The position numbers and the translations under genes are program-made. Of a DNA stretch of 64,000 bases, positions 30,513-40,191 are shown piece by piece (the first letter of the stretch is position 1; every line of letters begins with the position of its first letter). Below the pieces are notes generated by a model, which ran no database searches, was not told the origin of the DNA, and was given only the letters and a program-made list of their open reading frames with translations. Origin of the DNA: Nitrospinaceae bacterium (GTDB lineage Bacteria > Nitrospinota > Nitrospinia > Nitrospinales > Nitrospinaceae); assembly GCA_965223665.1 (NCBI GenBank), contig OZ245011.1, positions 448,001-512,000 on the forward strand, read 5' to 3'.

Positions 30513-31610
30513 ATGTCTGATCAAGATTTACAAGTAAAAGTAATGAGTGCTTTGAAAACTGTAATGGATCCTGATTTACATAAAAATATTGTCGATTTGG
30601 GTTTTGTAAAAAATATGGAAATAAAAAATGGAGTGGTTAAGTTTGATGTCGAGTTGACCACCCCTGCCTGTCCGGTTAAAGAACAATTAAAAAATGAATG
30701 CTCCGAAAAGGTGGGAGAGATCGAAGGTGTTCAATCAGTCGATGTGAATATGACTGCCACTGTGCGTCCTTCAGAACACACAAAACCCATTTTAACTGGT
30801 GTTAAAAATATTATTGCCGTTGCCAGCGGAAAAGGCGGTGTGGGTAAGTCAACAGTCAGCACTAACCTGGCTATGGCGTTAGGATTAACGGGAGCAACAG
30901 TAGGGTTGATGGATGGAGATGTTTATGGGCCGAGCATCCCAAAAATGTTGGGAATCCCAATTACTCCTCCTAAAGGCGGACCGGATAATAAGTTTTTCCC
31001 ACATGAGAAATATGGGCTCAAAGTGGTATCCGCCGGTTTTTTGACTGAAGAAGGCCAACCACTCATGTTGAGAGGGCCTATGTTAGGTGGAATTATTCAA
31101 CAATTTTTACAAAATGTTGAATGGGGAGAATTGGATTATTTGGTGATCGATTTGCCCCCTGGAACTGGAGATGTCCAATTGACTTTAACTCAACGAGCCC
31201 CTTTGTCGGGTGGAGTAATTGTTACTACGCCTCAGCAAATAAGTCTGATTGATGCTGAGAAAGGAGTAAAGATGTTCCAGCAAGTCAAAGTTCCGGTACT
31301 TGGGGTTGTAGAAAATATGAGCTACTTTTTATGCGATGGTTGCGATAAGAAACATCAAATATTTCAAAGTGGAGCGGGTCAACAGTTAGCCGATCAATTT
31401 AAAATTCCTTTATTAGGTGAAGTCCCTTTAGTTCCGGAAGTTGTGCAGGGAGGAGATACCGGAGTTCCTATCATTTTAGAAAACCCGGACTCTCCAGCAT
31501 CTTTGGCCTATAAGCAATTAGCGGGTCAAGTGGCCGCGCAAATTAGTATTAATCAATCCAAAGAGGAAGGAAAAATTGATTCCAGTTTTGAATTGGCTTG
31601 GAAAAGCTAG
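30513..31610 (+). CDS. mrp: Mrp/ApbC/NBP35 Fe-S carrier ATPase with N-terminal DUF59 (FeS_assembly_P) domain
   Basis: DPDL..NIVDLGFV, TTPACP, SGKGGVGKS, LRGPM, DLPPGTGD, VTTPQ, ENMS..CDGC. Confidence 0.93.
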   Translation: MSDQDLQVKVMSALKTVMDPDLHKNIVDLGFVKNMEIKNGVVKFDVELTTPACPVKEQLKNECSEKVGEIEGVQSVDVNMTATVRPSEHTKPILTGVKNIIAVASGKGGVGKSTVSTNLAMALGLTGATVGLMDGDVYGPSIPKMLGIPITPPKGGPDNKFFPHEKYGLKVVSAGFLTEEGQPLMLRGPMLGGIIQQFLQNVEWGELDYLVIDLPPGTGDVQLTLTQRAPLSGGVIVTTPQQISLIDAEKGVKMFQQVKVPVLGVVENMSYFLCDGCDKKHQIFQSGAGQQLADQFKIPLLGEVPLVPEVVQGGDTGVPIILENPDSPASLAYKQLAGQVAAQISINQSKEEGKIDSSFELAWKS

Positions 31611-31662
31611 TTTCAGAAAGACTGGATTGAATTTTTTTAGTAAATAGAGAAAGAAAAATTAA

Positions 31663-32004
31663 ATGAATGATAATAATGCAGAAAATCCCACTCCAAAGGA
31701 CATTAAACAAATTGATGAGATGACTTTGGGTATTACCTGGTTAGATGGACACGAATCCACTTACCCGGTAAAACTTCTTAGAGAAAAGTGTCCTTGTGCA
31801 AATTGTATTGACGAATGGACGGGGGAAAAAAAAATTCTTCCTGGTACTATTCCTGATTCCATAAAACCTTTAAAACTAAAAGCGGTTGGATTGTATGCCA
31901 TTCAAATAGACTGGAATGATGGCCATAGTACAGGTCTATACCCTCATGAGCTTCTTCGAAGTTTATGCCAATGTGGAGAGTGCACTTCAATACCATCTGA
32001 ATAA
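31663..32004 (+). CDS. DUF971 (GBBH-like N-terminal) protein
   Basis: W.DGH.S.Y....LR..CPCA.C, GLYAI.I.WNDGH.TG.Y; extra C-terminal CQCGEC. Confidence 0.88.
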   Translation: MNDNNAENPTPKDIKQIDEMTLGITWLDGHESTYPVKLLREKCPCANCIDEWTGEKKILPGTIPDSIKPLKLKAVGLYAIQIDWNDGHSTGLYPHELLRSLCQCGECTSIPSE

Positions 32005-32021
32005 TATTTAAAATAATATAA

Positions 32022-32060
32022 AAAGCCCTCCTTATAAAAATAATGAGGGCTTTGTTTTTT
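32022..32060. terminator. Bidirectional intrinsic terminator
   Basis: AAAGCCCTC...GAGGGCTTT stem flanked by A and T tracts between convergent genes. Confidence 0.75.
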
Positions 32061-32081
32061 GAAATAGGGTTTTATGAGAAG

Positions 32082-32516
32082 TCACATTCCAACCTTTTCT
32101 CGAACTTCATCCATAAGAGCGGCATCAATAACTTTTATTCCCCGATCTCTCGCAAAATTAAGAACAGTTTTTTTAGCCATTCCTCTCACGAAAAAAGGTA
32201 CTTTTTGAATTCGGTCTTTCGCTTCTTGTGTCCATTCGAAGGCTTCATCAGGAAGAGGTTTTTTGATTTCCTCCTTTCCCTGAGCTAAAGCGGAACCTAA
32301 AACACCCATAGGCTGGGTAGAAATATCAGACGCTCCACCGGCTTCCACCCCTAATTTACTAACAAATTCAGTTTCAAATTTATTGGTCAACATAGCAATC
32401 ATATGACCACATTTTTTACATTTAAATTTTAACGCAATGGCTTTCCCCTCTTCGGGCATAATGCCATCGGTTTGGGTATCCATTTGTTCATCGCAAGGTA
32501 TACAAAGAAATTTCAT
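32082..32516 (-). CDS. CxxC-CxxC metal-binding protein with C-terminal PCP-reductase (BchB/ChlB C-terminal-like) domain
   Basis: CIPC...CKKC; WTQEAKDRIQKVPFFVRGMAKK...FA. Confidence 0.8.
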   Translation of the reverse strand: MKFLCIPCDEQMDTQTDGIMPEEGKAIALKFKCKKCGHMIAMLTNKFETEFVSKLGVEAGGASDISTQPMGVLGSALAQGKEEIKKPLPDEAFEWTQEAKDRIQKVPFFVRGMAKKTVLNFARDRGIKVIDAALMDEVREKVGM

Positions 32517-32533
32517 TACTTTTCCTCACAGGA

Positions 32534-33418
32534 TTATTTTTCTAAGAATTTAATAATATTATTTACGCTGTCCTTAATGGCTTTTCCAGCCACAGAATCA
32601 GGATGCTCCGTATAAAACAATTTGCCAGATCCCGTTTGTTTCGAAACCCGAGTATCAAAAGGGATACGTCCAATAAAGGGAATTCCTTTCTTTTTCGAAA
32701 GTTCTTCCACATTTTCTCCCTCAAATAGCGTTCCTTCTTCATTACAGTGAGGACATACATAAGTTGCCATATTCTCCACTAAGCCAATGATGGGAACTCC
32801 CAATTCTGTATTTTTTGTAATAGACTTAGAGACAATATGTTGAGAAATTAGAGAAGGAATTGTTATTTCGACTACCCCTCCCAATTCCGGAATCAAATCA
32901 CGAATATTATCTATTCGATCACTTCCCGGAGGCATGTCAATTAATAGAAAATCCAATTCATCCCAAACCGTATCCGCCAATAATTCACGAAGCGCAGTAC
33001 ATTCCATAGTACTAACCCAAACTGCACTTGCTTCTTTTCCCTCGGTCCACATTACAGGTGAATCAGGGTTTGGGAGTAACATGTCCATAGACATAATTTT
33101 TATGCCACCGGCACCTTGTCCTGGATGAACGCCTTGCTCATCTACCTTTAATTTTTCTGAGTTTGAAACTCCTAGTAAATTACCTATACTGGGACCATTC
33201 AGGTCCGCGTCCAAAATCCCTACTTTATATCCTTGAGATACCAAACAGGCGGCAATATTTGCAGTAATGGAACTTTTCCCCACTCCGCCTTTTCCACTCA
33301 TCAGAGAAATTTTGTATTTAATTTTATCGAGTCTATCCCGAAGTTTCTCTCTCTGGCTAACTACCTGTTCTATAATTCCCGAACCACCGTCAGAAGCCAG
33401 ATCTTCGTAAGATTTCAT
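32534..33418 (-). CDS. Second Mrp/NBP35-family P-loop NTPase (no DUF59)
   Basis: SGKGGVGKS, DADLNGPS, DMPPG, ENMA..CPHC. Confidence 0.88.
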   Translation of the reverse strand: MKSYEDLASDGGSGIIEQVVSQREKLRDRLDKIKYKISLMSGKGGVGKSSITANIAACLVSQGYKVGILDADLNGPSIGNLLGVSNSEKLKVDEQGVHPGQGAGGIKIMSMDMLLPNPDSPVMWTEGKEASAVWVSTMECTALRELLADTVWDELDFLLIDMPPGSDRIDNIRDLIPELGGVVEITIPSLISQHIVSKSITKNTELGVPIIGLVENMATYVCPHCNEEGTLFEGENVEELSKKKGIPFIGRIPFDTRVSKQTGSGKLFYTEHPDSVAGKAIKDSVNNIIKFLEK

Positions 33419-33698
33419 TATTGAACTCCTTCAAACAATCTAAATATTTAAAATAGCTATGTCCCTATATATTTAGGTTTAATCATATATAAAATTCTTT
33501 TTATTGCAAAGGTTTAGTTTTTTGGGTTAAGGGCCTTGCCAGTTTTTCAATAGGTTTTATATTTCTATATGAAGATTAATTTTTTCCTAAAGGAGATGGT
33601 AAAGGAGCATGACTCCACCAGACAATTTAATTAAAGTAAAAAATTAGATATTCATATATAAATATGAATAAACAAGAAGTTTTTCTTGTGATTAATTG

Positions 33699-33738
33699 AA
33701 AAATTCGTTGGATCCTCACCAGCGAATTTTTCTTTTCT
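33699..33738 (+). terminator. Intrinsic terminator-like hairpin in intergenic region
   Basis: GAAAAATTCGTTGG/CCAGCGAATTTTTC stem followed by TTTTCT. Confidence 0.6.
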
Positions 33739-33865
33739 AGTTCGTTAAAACCATCTAAAACCACTTTATATTGTTTTATCCTTTCTTAATAATTCCCATT
33801 CATTCAGGTTTCAATAGTATGATTAGTTCCTTTAACACTTTGTATTAAAGCTTGTTAAATTTCAC

Positions 33866-34627
33866 ATGCGTAAAATAAAAATTATATTGGAATATGAGGG
33901 GACTCAATATTGTGGTTGGCAATATCAACCGGATAGATTGTCCATACAGGAGGTTTTGGAAAAATGTTTAGAAAAAATCACCAAAGTAAAAACGGCCGTT
34001 GTGGGTTCGGGACGGACTGATTCCGGGGTCCATGCGAAAGGACAGGTGGCTCATTTTTTAACTGAATCTAAGATGACAGAACATCAATTTCAGAAAGCTC
34101 TTAATAGTCTGTTACCTCATGACATTGTGGTTCAACAAACTAAAGAAGTAGATATGAAATTTCATTCTAGAAAGTCTGCAACCAGGAAGCTTTATCGCTA
34201 CACGATTTTAAATCGTGATTATCCTTCTGCTTTAAATTGTCGTTATTCTCATTATATTGCTTCCCCTTTAAAGATAAGTGCCATGAGACAGGCAGCTAAA
34301 GAATTCCTGGGTAAGAAAGATTTTGCTTCGTTTCAAGGAGCCGGCTGTGAAGCCAAGAGTTCAGTCAGAGAAATTTATAAATTTACAATTTCAAAGGAAG
34401 AAAACTGGATTGAAATCAATATTATTGGAAGTGGTTTTTTAAAACATATGGTGAGAAATTTGGTTGGAACATTAATTGAGGTTGGGCTGGGTAAGTGCGA
34501 TGCTCAATCTGTTAGAGCCATTCTGAAGGCGAGAGATAGAAATAAAGCAGGGCCTACAGCTCCTGCACGAGGGCTGTGTCTGGTAAAAGTAAGCTATAAA
34601 AAAGGCAAAACAAAGAAAAAAGAATGA
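33866..34627 (+). CDS. truA: tRNA pseudouridine(38-40) synthase
   Basis: YEGT.Y.GWQ, GRTDSGVHA, FL.HMVR, TAPA.GL. Confidence 0.97.
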   Translation: MRKIKIILEYEGTQYCGWQYQPDRLSIQEVLEKCLEKITKVKTAVVGSGRTDSGVHAKGQVAHFLTESKMTEHQFQKALNSLLPHDIVVQQTKEVDMKFHSRKSATRKLYRYTILNRDYPSALNCRYSHYIASPLKISAMRQAAKEFLGKKDFASFQGAGCEAKSSVREIYKFTISKEENWIEINIIGSGFLKHMVRNLVGTLIEVGLGKCDAQSVRAILKARDRNKAGPTAPARGLCLVKVSYKKGKTKKKE

Positions 34628-34705
34628 AGTCTCTAATTCCTTCCGGATAATTGCTGTATAATATCGCCTCCCAAAATTGTTAACAAAGTTAAAGAAAATT
34701 ACATT

Positions 34706-35794
34706 ATGAAAAACGAATATTCAATTGTTGTATTGCCTGGAGATGGTATAGGTCCTGAAGTCATCCGAGAAGCACAAAAAATAATCAAAGTAATCGAATC
34801 TAAACTCAACCTGAAAATTAATGCCGAAGAGAAGCTTGTTGGTGGAGCAGGGTACGATGCTACGGGCCACCCTCTACCAGATGAAACCCTTCAATCGGCT
34901 AAAAAAGCGGATGCAGTATTGTTAGGTGCTGTGGGTGGTCCCAAGTGGGAGACTATTGATTTTTCTTTAAGACCGGAAAGAGCTTTACTAGGTTTGAGAT
35001 CTCAATTGGGGTTATTTGCCAATCTTCGTCCAGCAAAGATTTTTCAAGCTTTGGCCCATGCCTCTACATTAAAGTCTGAAGTCGTAGAAGGGTTAGATAT
35101 TTTAGTGGTTAGAGAACTGACGGGTGGAATTTATTTTGGTGAACCAAGAGGAGTGGAGACCTTAAGTGACGGTTCAAAAAAAGGATTAAATACTTTAGTT
35201 TATACTCAATCTGAAGTTGAAAGAATTGCAAAGGTAGCTTTTGATGTTGCAAGAAAACGAAGTAATAAAGTTTGTTCGATTGACAAGGCCAATGTTTTGG
35301 AATGTACCGGATTTTGGCGCGAGGTAGTGACTGGAGTCCATAAGAATTATAGTGATGTTGAATTAAGCCATATGTATGTTGACAATTGCGCAATGCAATT
35401 GGTGAGATGGCCCAAGCAGTTTGACGTAATTCTTACCACAAACATGTTTGGAGATATATTGAGTGACCAAGCCTCTATGCTTACAGGATCAATTGGAATG
35501 TTACCTTCAGCGAGTTTAGGGGGGAGTACTGCAATGTATGAACCTATTCATGGAAGCGCTCCTGATATTGCTGGAAAAGATATTGCGAATCCATTAGCAA
35601 CCATCCTTTCAGTTGGTATGATGTTTAAATATTCCTTTGATCGAGAGGAAGTCAACTCGGCAATTGAGTCGGTTGTGGAATCTGTTTTAGAGGATGGTTA
35701 TCGAACTAAAGATATTATGTCTGAAGGAATGAATGAAATTGGATGTGCTGCAATGGGTGATAAAGTAGCTGAAGCTTTGGAGAAAAATCTTTAA
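34706..35794 (+). CDS. leuB: 3-isopropylmalate dehydrogenase
   Basis: [50 protein letters not shown]. Confidence 0.97.
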   Translation: MKNEYSIVVLPGDGIGPEVIREAQKIIKVIESKLNLKINAEEKLVGGAGYDATGHPLPDETLQSAKKADAVLLGAVGGPKWETIDFSLRPERALLGLRSQLGLFANLRPAKIFQALAHASTLKSEVVEGLDILVVRELTGGIYFGEPRGVETLSDGSKKGLNTLVYTQSEVERIAKVAFDVARKRSNKVCSIDKANVLECTGFWREVVTGVHKNYSDVELSHMYVDNCAMQLVRWPKQFDVILTTNMFGDILSDQASMLTGSIGMLPSASLGGSTAMYEPIHGSAPDIAGKDIANPLATILSVGMMFKYSFDREEVNSAIESVVESVLEDGYRTKDIMSEGMNEIGCAAMGDKVAEALEKNL

Positions 35795-36801
35795 TGGAAA
35801 AGAAATTAAAATATAACGTAGCTGTTGTTGGGGCTAGCGGGGCAGTGGGAAGAACGATGATTTCCATTCTGGAGGAAAGAGATTTTCCTGTTAAGGAATT
35901 AAAGCTTCTGGCTTCAAAACGATCCGCAGGTTCCAAACTTCTATTTAAAAACCATGAAATTACTGTAGAAGAATTAAATAAGTCTTCCTTTGAAAATGTT
36001 GATATTGCATTGTTCTCCGCTGGAGCGACCATTAGTCGCGAATTTGCTCCGATTGCTGTTAAATCGGGGTGTGTTGTCATAGATAATAGCAGTGCTTTTC
36101 GAATGGATGAAAATGTTCCCTTGGTTGTACCAGAGGTGAACCCACATGCCATTGGTGAAAACCCAGAAATTATAGCCAATCCCAATTGTTCCACAATTCA
36201 AATGGTGGTAGCACTAAAACCCATCCATGATAATTATCATATCAATCGAGTTGTGGTTTCCACTTACCAATCAGTGTCAGGTTCAGGTCAAAAGGCCATA
36301 GAAGAACTAAAGAATCAGGCTGAAGATATTTTAAGTGAAAAGGCAATTGAAACGAAGGTATACCCTCACCAAATAGCTTTTAATTGTCTTCCTCATATAG
36401 ATGTATTTTTGGAAAATGGATATACCAAAGAAGAAATGAAAATGGTAAACGAAACCCAAAAAATTTTAGAGGATGACTCCATTGCTGTTTCGCCCACCAC
36501 TGTTCGAGTACCAGTATTTTATTCACATTCTGAAGCGATTAATGTTGAGGCCGATAAGGAAATTAACGTGGAAGAATTAAAAAATCTTTTATCAAATTCT
36601 AAGGGAATTTGTTTGGTGGATAATCCTGAAAATATTGAATATCCGCTAGCCACTCATGGGGCTGGGAAGGATGAGGTATTTATTGGCCGAATTCGAGGTG
36701 ATTTGAATAATCCCAAATCCGTTAATCTTTGGGTAGTTGCAGATAATTTACGGAAAGGGGCAGCACTAAATGCTGTTCAAATTGCAGAATTGCTAATATG
36801 A
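35794..36801 (+). CDS. asd: Aspartate-semialdehyde dehydrogenase
   Basis: GASGAVG, NPNCST, QSVSGSG, RVPV..SH, DNLRKGAA. Confidence 0.97.
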   Translation: MEKKLKYNVAVVGASGAVGRTMISILEERDFPVKELKLLASKRSAGSKLLFKNHEITVEELNKSSFENVDIALFSAGATISREFAPIAVKSGCVVIDNSSAFRMDENVPLVVPEVNPHAIGENPEIIANPNCSTIQMVVALKPIHDNYHINRVVVSTYQSVSGSGQKAIEELKNQAEDILSEKAIETKVYPHQIAFNCLPHIDVFLENGYTKEEMKMVNETQKILEDDSIAVSPTTVRVPVFYSHSEAINVEADKEINVEELKNLLSNSKGICLVDNPENIEYPLATHGAGKDEVFIGRIRGDLNNPKSVNLWVVADNLRKGAALNAVQIAELLI

Positions 36802-36941
36802 ATAAAACTACTTATCCTAATTAGGAAAGATAGGGTTTTTGAATTATTTGAACTAACCTCTTCTTTACAAAAGCTTTAAATGATATAAAATTAATTATTT
36901 ACTGGTATTTTCCCTGATTTATTTTCCTAGGAAAACTGCAA

Positions 36942-39221
36942 ATGGCCGATGATTCTTCAACAAACCAACCTGACGAAATAGAACCTGATAAGGATCTTAA
37001 CAATCCGTCTTCTTTTGACCTCAATCAATTTAGAGAATTGATTGTGGTTGCTAGCCAGGAGCGTAAAAACCTCCAACTTTTGGTAGAGTATTTTGACAAT
37101 CAAACCCAAAAATTGGAAGAAAAACAGGAATTATTTGAGCAGTTTAGCCGTCAATTTCCTGAGACCTTAGAAAAATTTCAATCTATAAATGAAAGCGTTG
37201 GAGAAATCAAAGATATAGAGAACCGCGTACGAGATTTCCAAAAAGTCTCCAAAGAGTTGGAATCGAGCTATCAAGAATTAAAACGTGAATTGGATAATCT
37301 CCATATGTTAAGTGAACATGTGGACCAAAAAACTAAGGCTCTTGGCCAACAGAGAGGATTGGTAGAAAAAGCTAATGAAGATGCAGGTCGATTAAATGTC
37401 CTGGTTTGGGATATGGAATCGAAAATAAAAAAGCTTAAAGAGGAAAATAAGTTAATAAAAAATACGGATAGAAATGTCAACCGACTGGAATACATGTTAG
37501 AGGGAATTAGTAAGCAGGTTGAAGAGGTTGCTGGCTTTAAAGATATGATGAAGTCCAGTAGTAAAAATGTTGACGAAATGAAAAGTGTTATTAGCGAATT
37601 GGAATCTAAGTTAGAAAATCTTAGTCAAGAAAAAGAATTCTTGGAAAGCTACGCAAAGGATACTCATGATTTAAAGGAAACTTTAGATAATGTTCAGACC
37701 GATGCAGAAAAAATCCTTGGTCAAAATCAAATGGTCCAGGAAACATATGAGACTGTCCGGAAACTAATGCAAGATATTAAAGATTTGAAAATTGAATCAA
37801 AAAATATTTCTGTCAAAAATGAAATGATTCGAAGTATTAGTGGTCGTCTGCGTGATTTAGATGGAATGGCTGTTGAGGTAGAAAACAAGATTTCTAAAAT
37901 ACGCGATGACGGTAATATGATTCAAAGGACAGAAGAAAAAATCAATCGACTAAATACCTTTCTCATTGAGAACTTAAGTAACAAAATGAATATACTTAAG
38001 GAAGAGATGAAAAATATTGAGTCGGCAAATGACAAAATGAGCCGATTTAATGTGATTGCTGGGGAAGCTGAAGAGAAGGTTAAGCGATTTCAAGAAGAAA
38101 TTAAAAAAGCTGATCGTGTTTCCGAGTTGCTCATTAAAAATCAGGAATTGATGGAAAATACCCGGTTACAAATGGAAGAAATTTCCCGTCGGCAGCAATT
38201 GGTAGATCAGGTTGATAAAAAAATAAATGATTTGAGCTCTACGGTCATAAGCCTTGATGTCAAAATGGAATCACAAATGCAACGAAAGGCTTTAATTGAA
38301 AAATTAGAAAAAAAGGTTGATGGATTGGATTTCTTTATTGAGGAAGCAAACCTGAAAATTAATAAAGTTTCTAAAAAAATAGACTACTTGGAGAAGGTGG
38401 AAGAAAAATTAAATAACCTCGATAAAATGACAGAAGATATCGATAACAAAATTCTTGATATGACTAAGCAAAATGCAGCAATTGACGATCAAGAACGGCG
38501 TATGGGTAGTTTGAATTCTAAGCTTGGCTTATTGGAAGTTGAACTGGTTTCAAAAATTAAGGACCTGGAGGATTCCAAACAAGAAATATCCAATATTGAG
38601 GGAGTTCGTGATGACCTTGGGCAAATATTGGAAAATTTTGAGAAAAAATTTCAATCCATGAAAAAAGAGGAAGAGACGGTTGGTAAAACAGAAGAGCGTT
38701 TGAAAGAAATTGATCGAATTTATAGCGATTTAAAAATGAGACAGGAAATTCTTGAGGATAAAGAAGAAAATATCACGCATGCAGAGAAGAAAATACAATA
38801 TTTAGAAACTCTGGTATCTAATGTGGAAGATAAAATTGAGAAGATCGATAAAAGCCAAAGTAAAATTCAAAAAACTCAGTCGGCTGTTAATGAACTGGAG
38901 GGTTCAATAAGTAAGTTGACATCTGAAAAGAACCGGGTGGCTAAAGAACAGGAATATCTGGGAAAAGTATCATTTAAAATTGAAAAGCTAACATCAATTT
39001 TTGAAAGTGCTGAGGCACAAATTGAAGCGTTAGATAGTAAAATAAAGCAATTGGAGCAGGCAGAGAAGCGGATGAGCGCTTTGACAATAGTTTCTGAAGA
39101 TATCAATGTGAAGATCCAAACAATCAAAAAAGAATCGGACTTTATTGATAATTTGGGTCAACAGATTGCTGAATTAAAGTTTTTATTGAAGGAAATTGAT
39201 AGCCGAAAAAAAGAAAATTAA
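36942..39221 (+). CDS. Long coiled-coil protein, function unknown
   Basis: 759 aa, E/K/L-rich heptads, no Pro after about residue 75, no Walker motif or TM segment. Confidence 0.8.
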   Translation: MADDSSTNQPDEIEPDKDLNNPSSFDLNQFRELIVVASQERKNLQLLVEYFDNQTQKLEEKQELFEQFSRQFPETLEKFQSINESVGEIKDIENRVRDFQKVSKELESSYQELKRELDNLHMLSEHVDQKTKALGQQRGLVEKANEDAGRLNVLVWDMESKIKKLKEENKLIKNTDRNVNRLEYMLEGISKQVEEVAGFKDMMKSSSKNVDEMKSVISELESKLENLSQEKEFLESYAKDTHDLKETLDNVQTDAEKILGQNQMVQETYETVRKLMQDIKDLKIESKNISVKNEMIRSISGRLRDLDGMAVEVENKISKIRDDGNMIQRTEEKINRLNTFLIENLSNKMNILKEEMKNIESANDKMSRFNVIAGEAEEKVKRFQEEIKKADRVSELLIKNQELMENTRLQMEEISRRQQLVDQVDKKINDLSSTVISLDVKMESQMQRKALIEKLEKKVDGLDFFIEEANLKINKVSKKIDYLEKVEEKLNNLDKMTEDIDNKILDMTKQNAAIDDQERRMGSLNSKLGLLEVELVSKIKDLEDSKQEISNIEGVRDDLGQILENFEKKFQSMKKEEETVGKTEERLKEIDRIYSDLKMRQEILEDKEENITHAEKKIQYLETLVSNVEDKIEKIDKSQSKIQKTQSAVNELEGSISKLTSEKNRVAKEQEYLGKVSFKIEKLTSIFESAEAQIEALDSKIKQLEQAEKRMSALTIVSEDINVKIQTIKKESDFIDNLGQQIAELKFLLKEIDSRKKEN

Positions 39222-39333
39222 TTCATTGAAATAAATTGCATCCCAATTTGTTCCTTCACATTTAATTTTTTTAAATTCCCACCTGTAACAAAAATTCCCT
39301 TAAAACATTTTGCCCAAATTTGGAGGTTCTACT

Positions 39334-40191
39334 ATGGTAGAAAAAACATTAGGCGTGATCGGTGGAAGCGGTCTCTATAGTATGAAAGATTTAAAGGTAA
39401 TTGAAGAACGGTCTATAGAAACTCCATTTGGATCACCTTCAGATAAAATTGTGATTGGCGAAATCCAAAATACACGACTGGCATTTTTACCACGTCATGG
39501 AGTGGGGCATCGTATTTCTCCCTCCGAGATAAATTACCGCGCAAATATTTACGCCATGAAAAGTTTAGGTGTTGAAAGGATTATAAGTGTTAGTGCGGTT
39601 GGAAGTATGAAGGAAGAAATTGTTCCAGGGCACATAGTGCTTCCAGATCAATTTATCGATAGGACTTTTCGCCGAACAAGTACTTTTTTTACGGATGGGA
39701 TTGTAGGCCATGTAAGTTTAGCTGAACCGGTGTGTATGGAAGCGCACAAGCATGTTTCCAAATCCGCAAAGGAAGCTGGAGCTACTGTCCATTCCAAAGG
39801 GACCTACATATGTATTGAAGGACCACAATTTTCTACCCGGGGAGAGTCTCTGGTTTATCGAAGTTGGGGGGTAGAAGTGATTGGTATGACAAATGTAACT
39901 GAAGCAAAACTCGCACGCGAAGCGGGTCTTTGTTATGTTACTATTGCCCTGGCCACCGACTATGATTGTTGGCATGTTGAGGAAGAGCCAGTGACTTTAG
40001 AAGCCGTTATGGAAATTATGCATAATAATGTAGAATTGGCTCAGAAAATTTTAAAACAGTTAATTCAGGAACCCATATTAGATAGAAATTGTGGTTGTGG
40101 AGACGCAGCAAAAAATTCTATCGTTACTGACCGTAATAGGATTCCTCAATCAGTAAAAAATGATCTTGAACTCTTGCTAGGACCGTTATGA
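39334..40191 (+). CDS. mtnP: S-methyl-5'-thioadenosine phosphorylase
   Basis: [42 protein letters not shown]. Confidence 0.95.
   Translation: MVEKTLGVIGGSGLYSMKDLKVIEERSIETPFGSPSDKIVIGEIQNTRLAFLPRHGVGHRISPSEINYRANIYAMKSLGVERIISVSAVGSMKEEIVPGHIVLPDQFIDRTFRRTSTFFTDGIVGHVSLAEPVCMEAHKHVSKSAKEAGATVHSKGTYICIEGPQFSTRGESLVYRSWGVEVIGMTNVTEAKLAREAGLCYVTIALATDYDCWHVEEEPVTLEAVMEIMHNNVELAQKILKQLIQEPILDRNCGCGDAAKNSIVTDRNRIPQSVKNDLELLLGPL

Noticed and set aside
33591-33620. GGAGATGG...ATGACTCC resembling a fluoride riboswitch
   Set aside because: Lacks the P1 complement, the spacing and a downstream fluoride-related gene.
36942-39221. SMC/SbcC or chemoreceptor call
   Set aside because: No Walker A/B, hinge, zinc hook, TM segments or MCP signalling hairpin.
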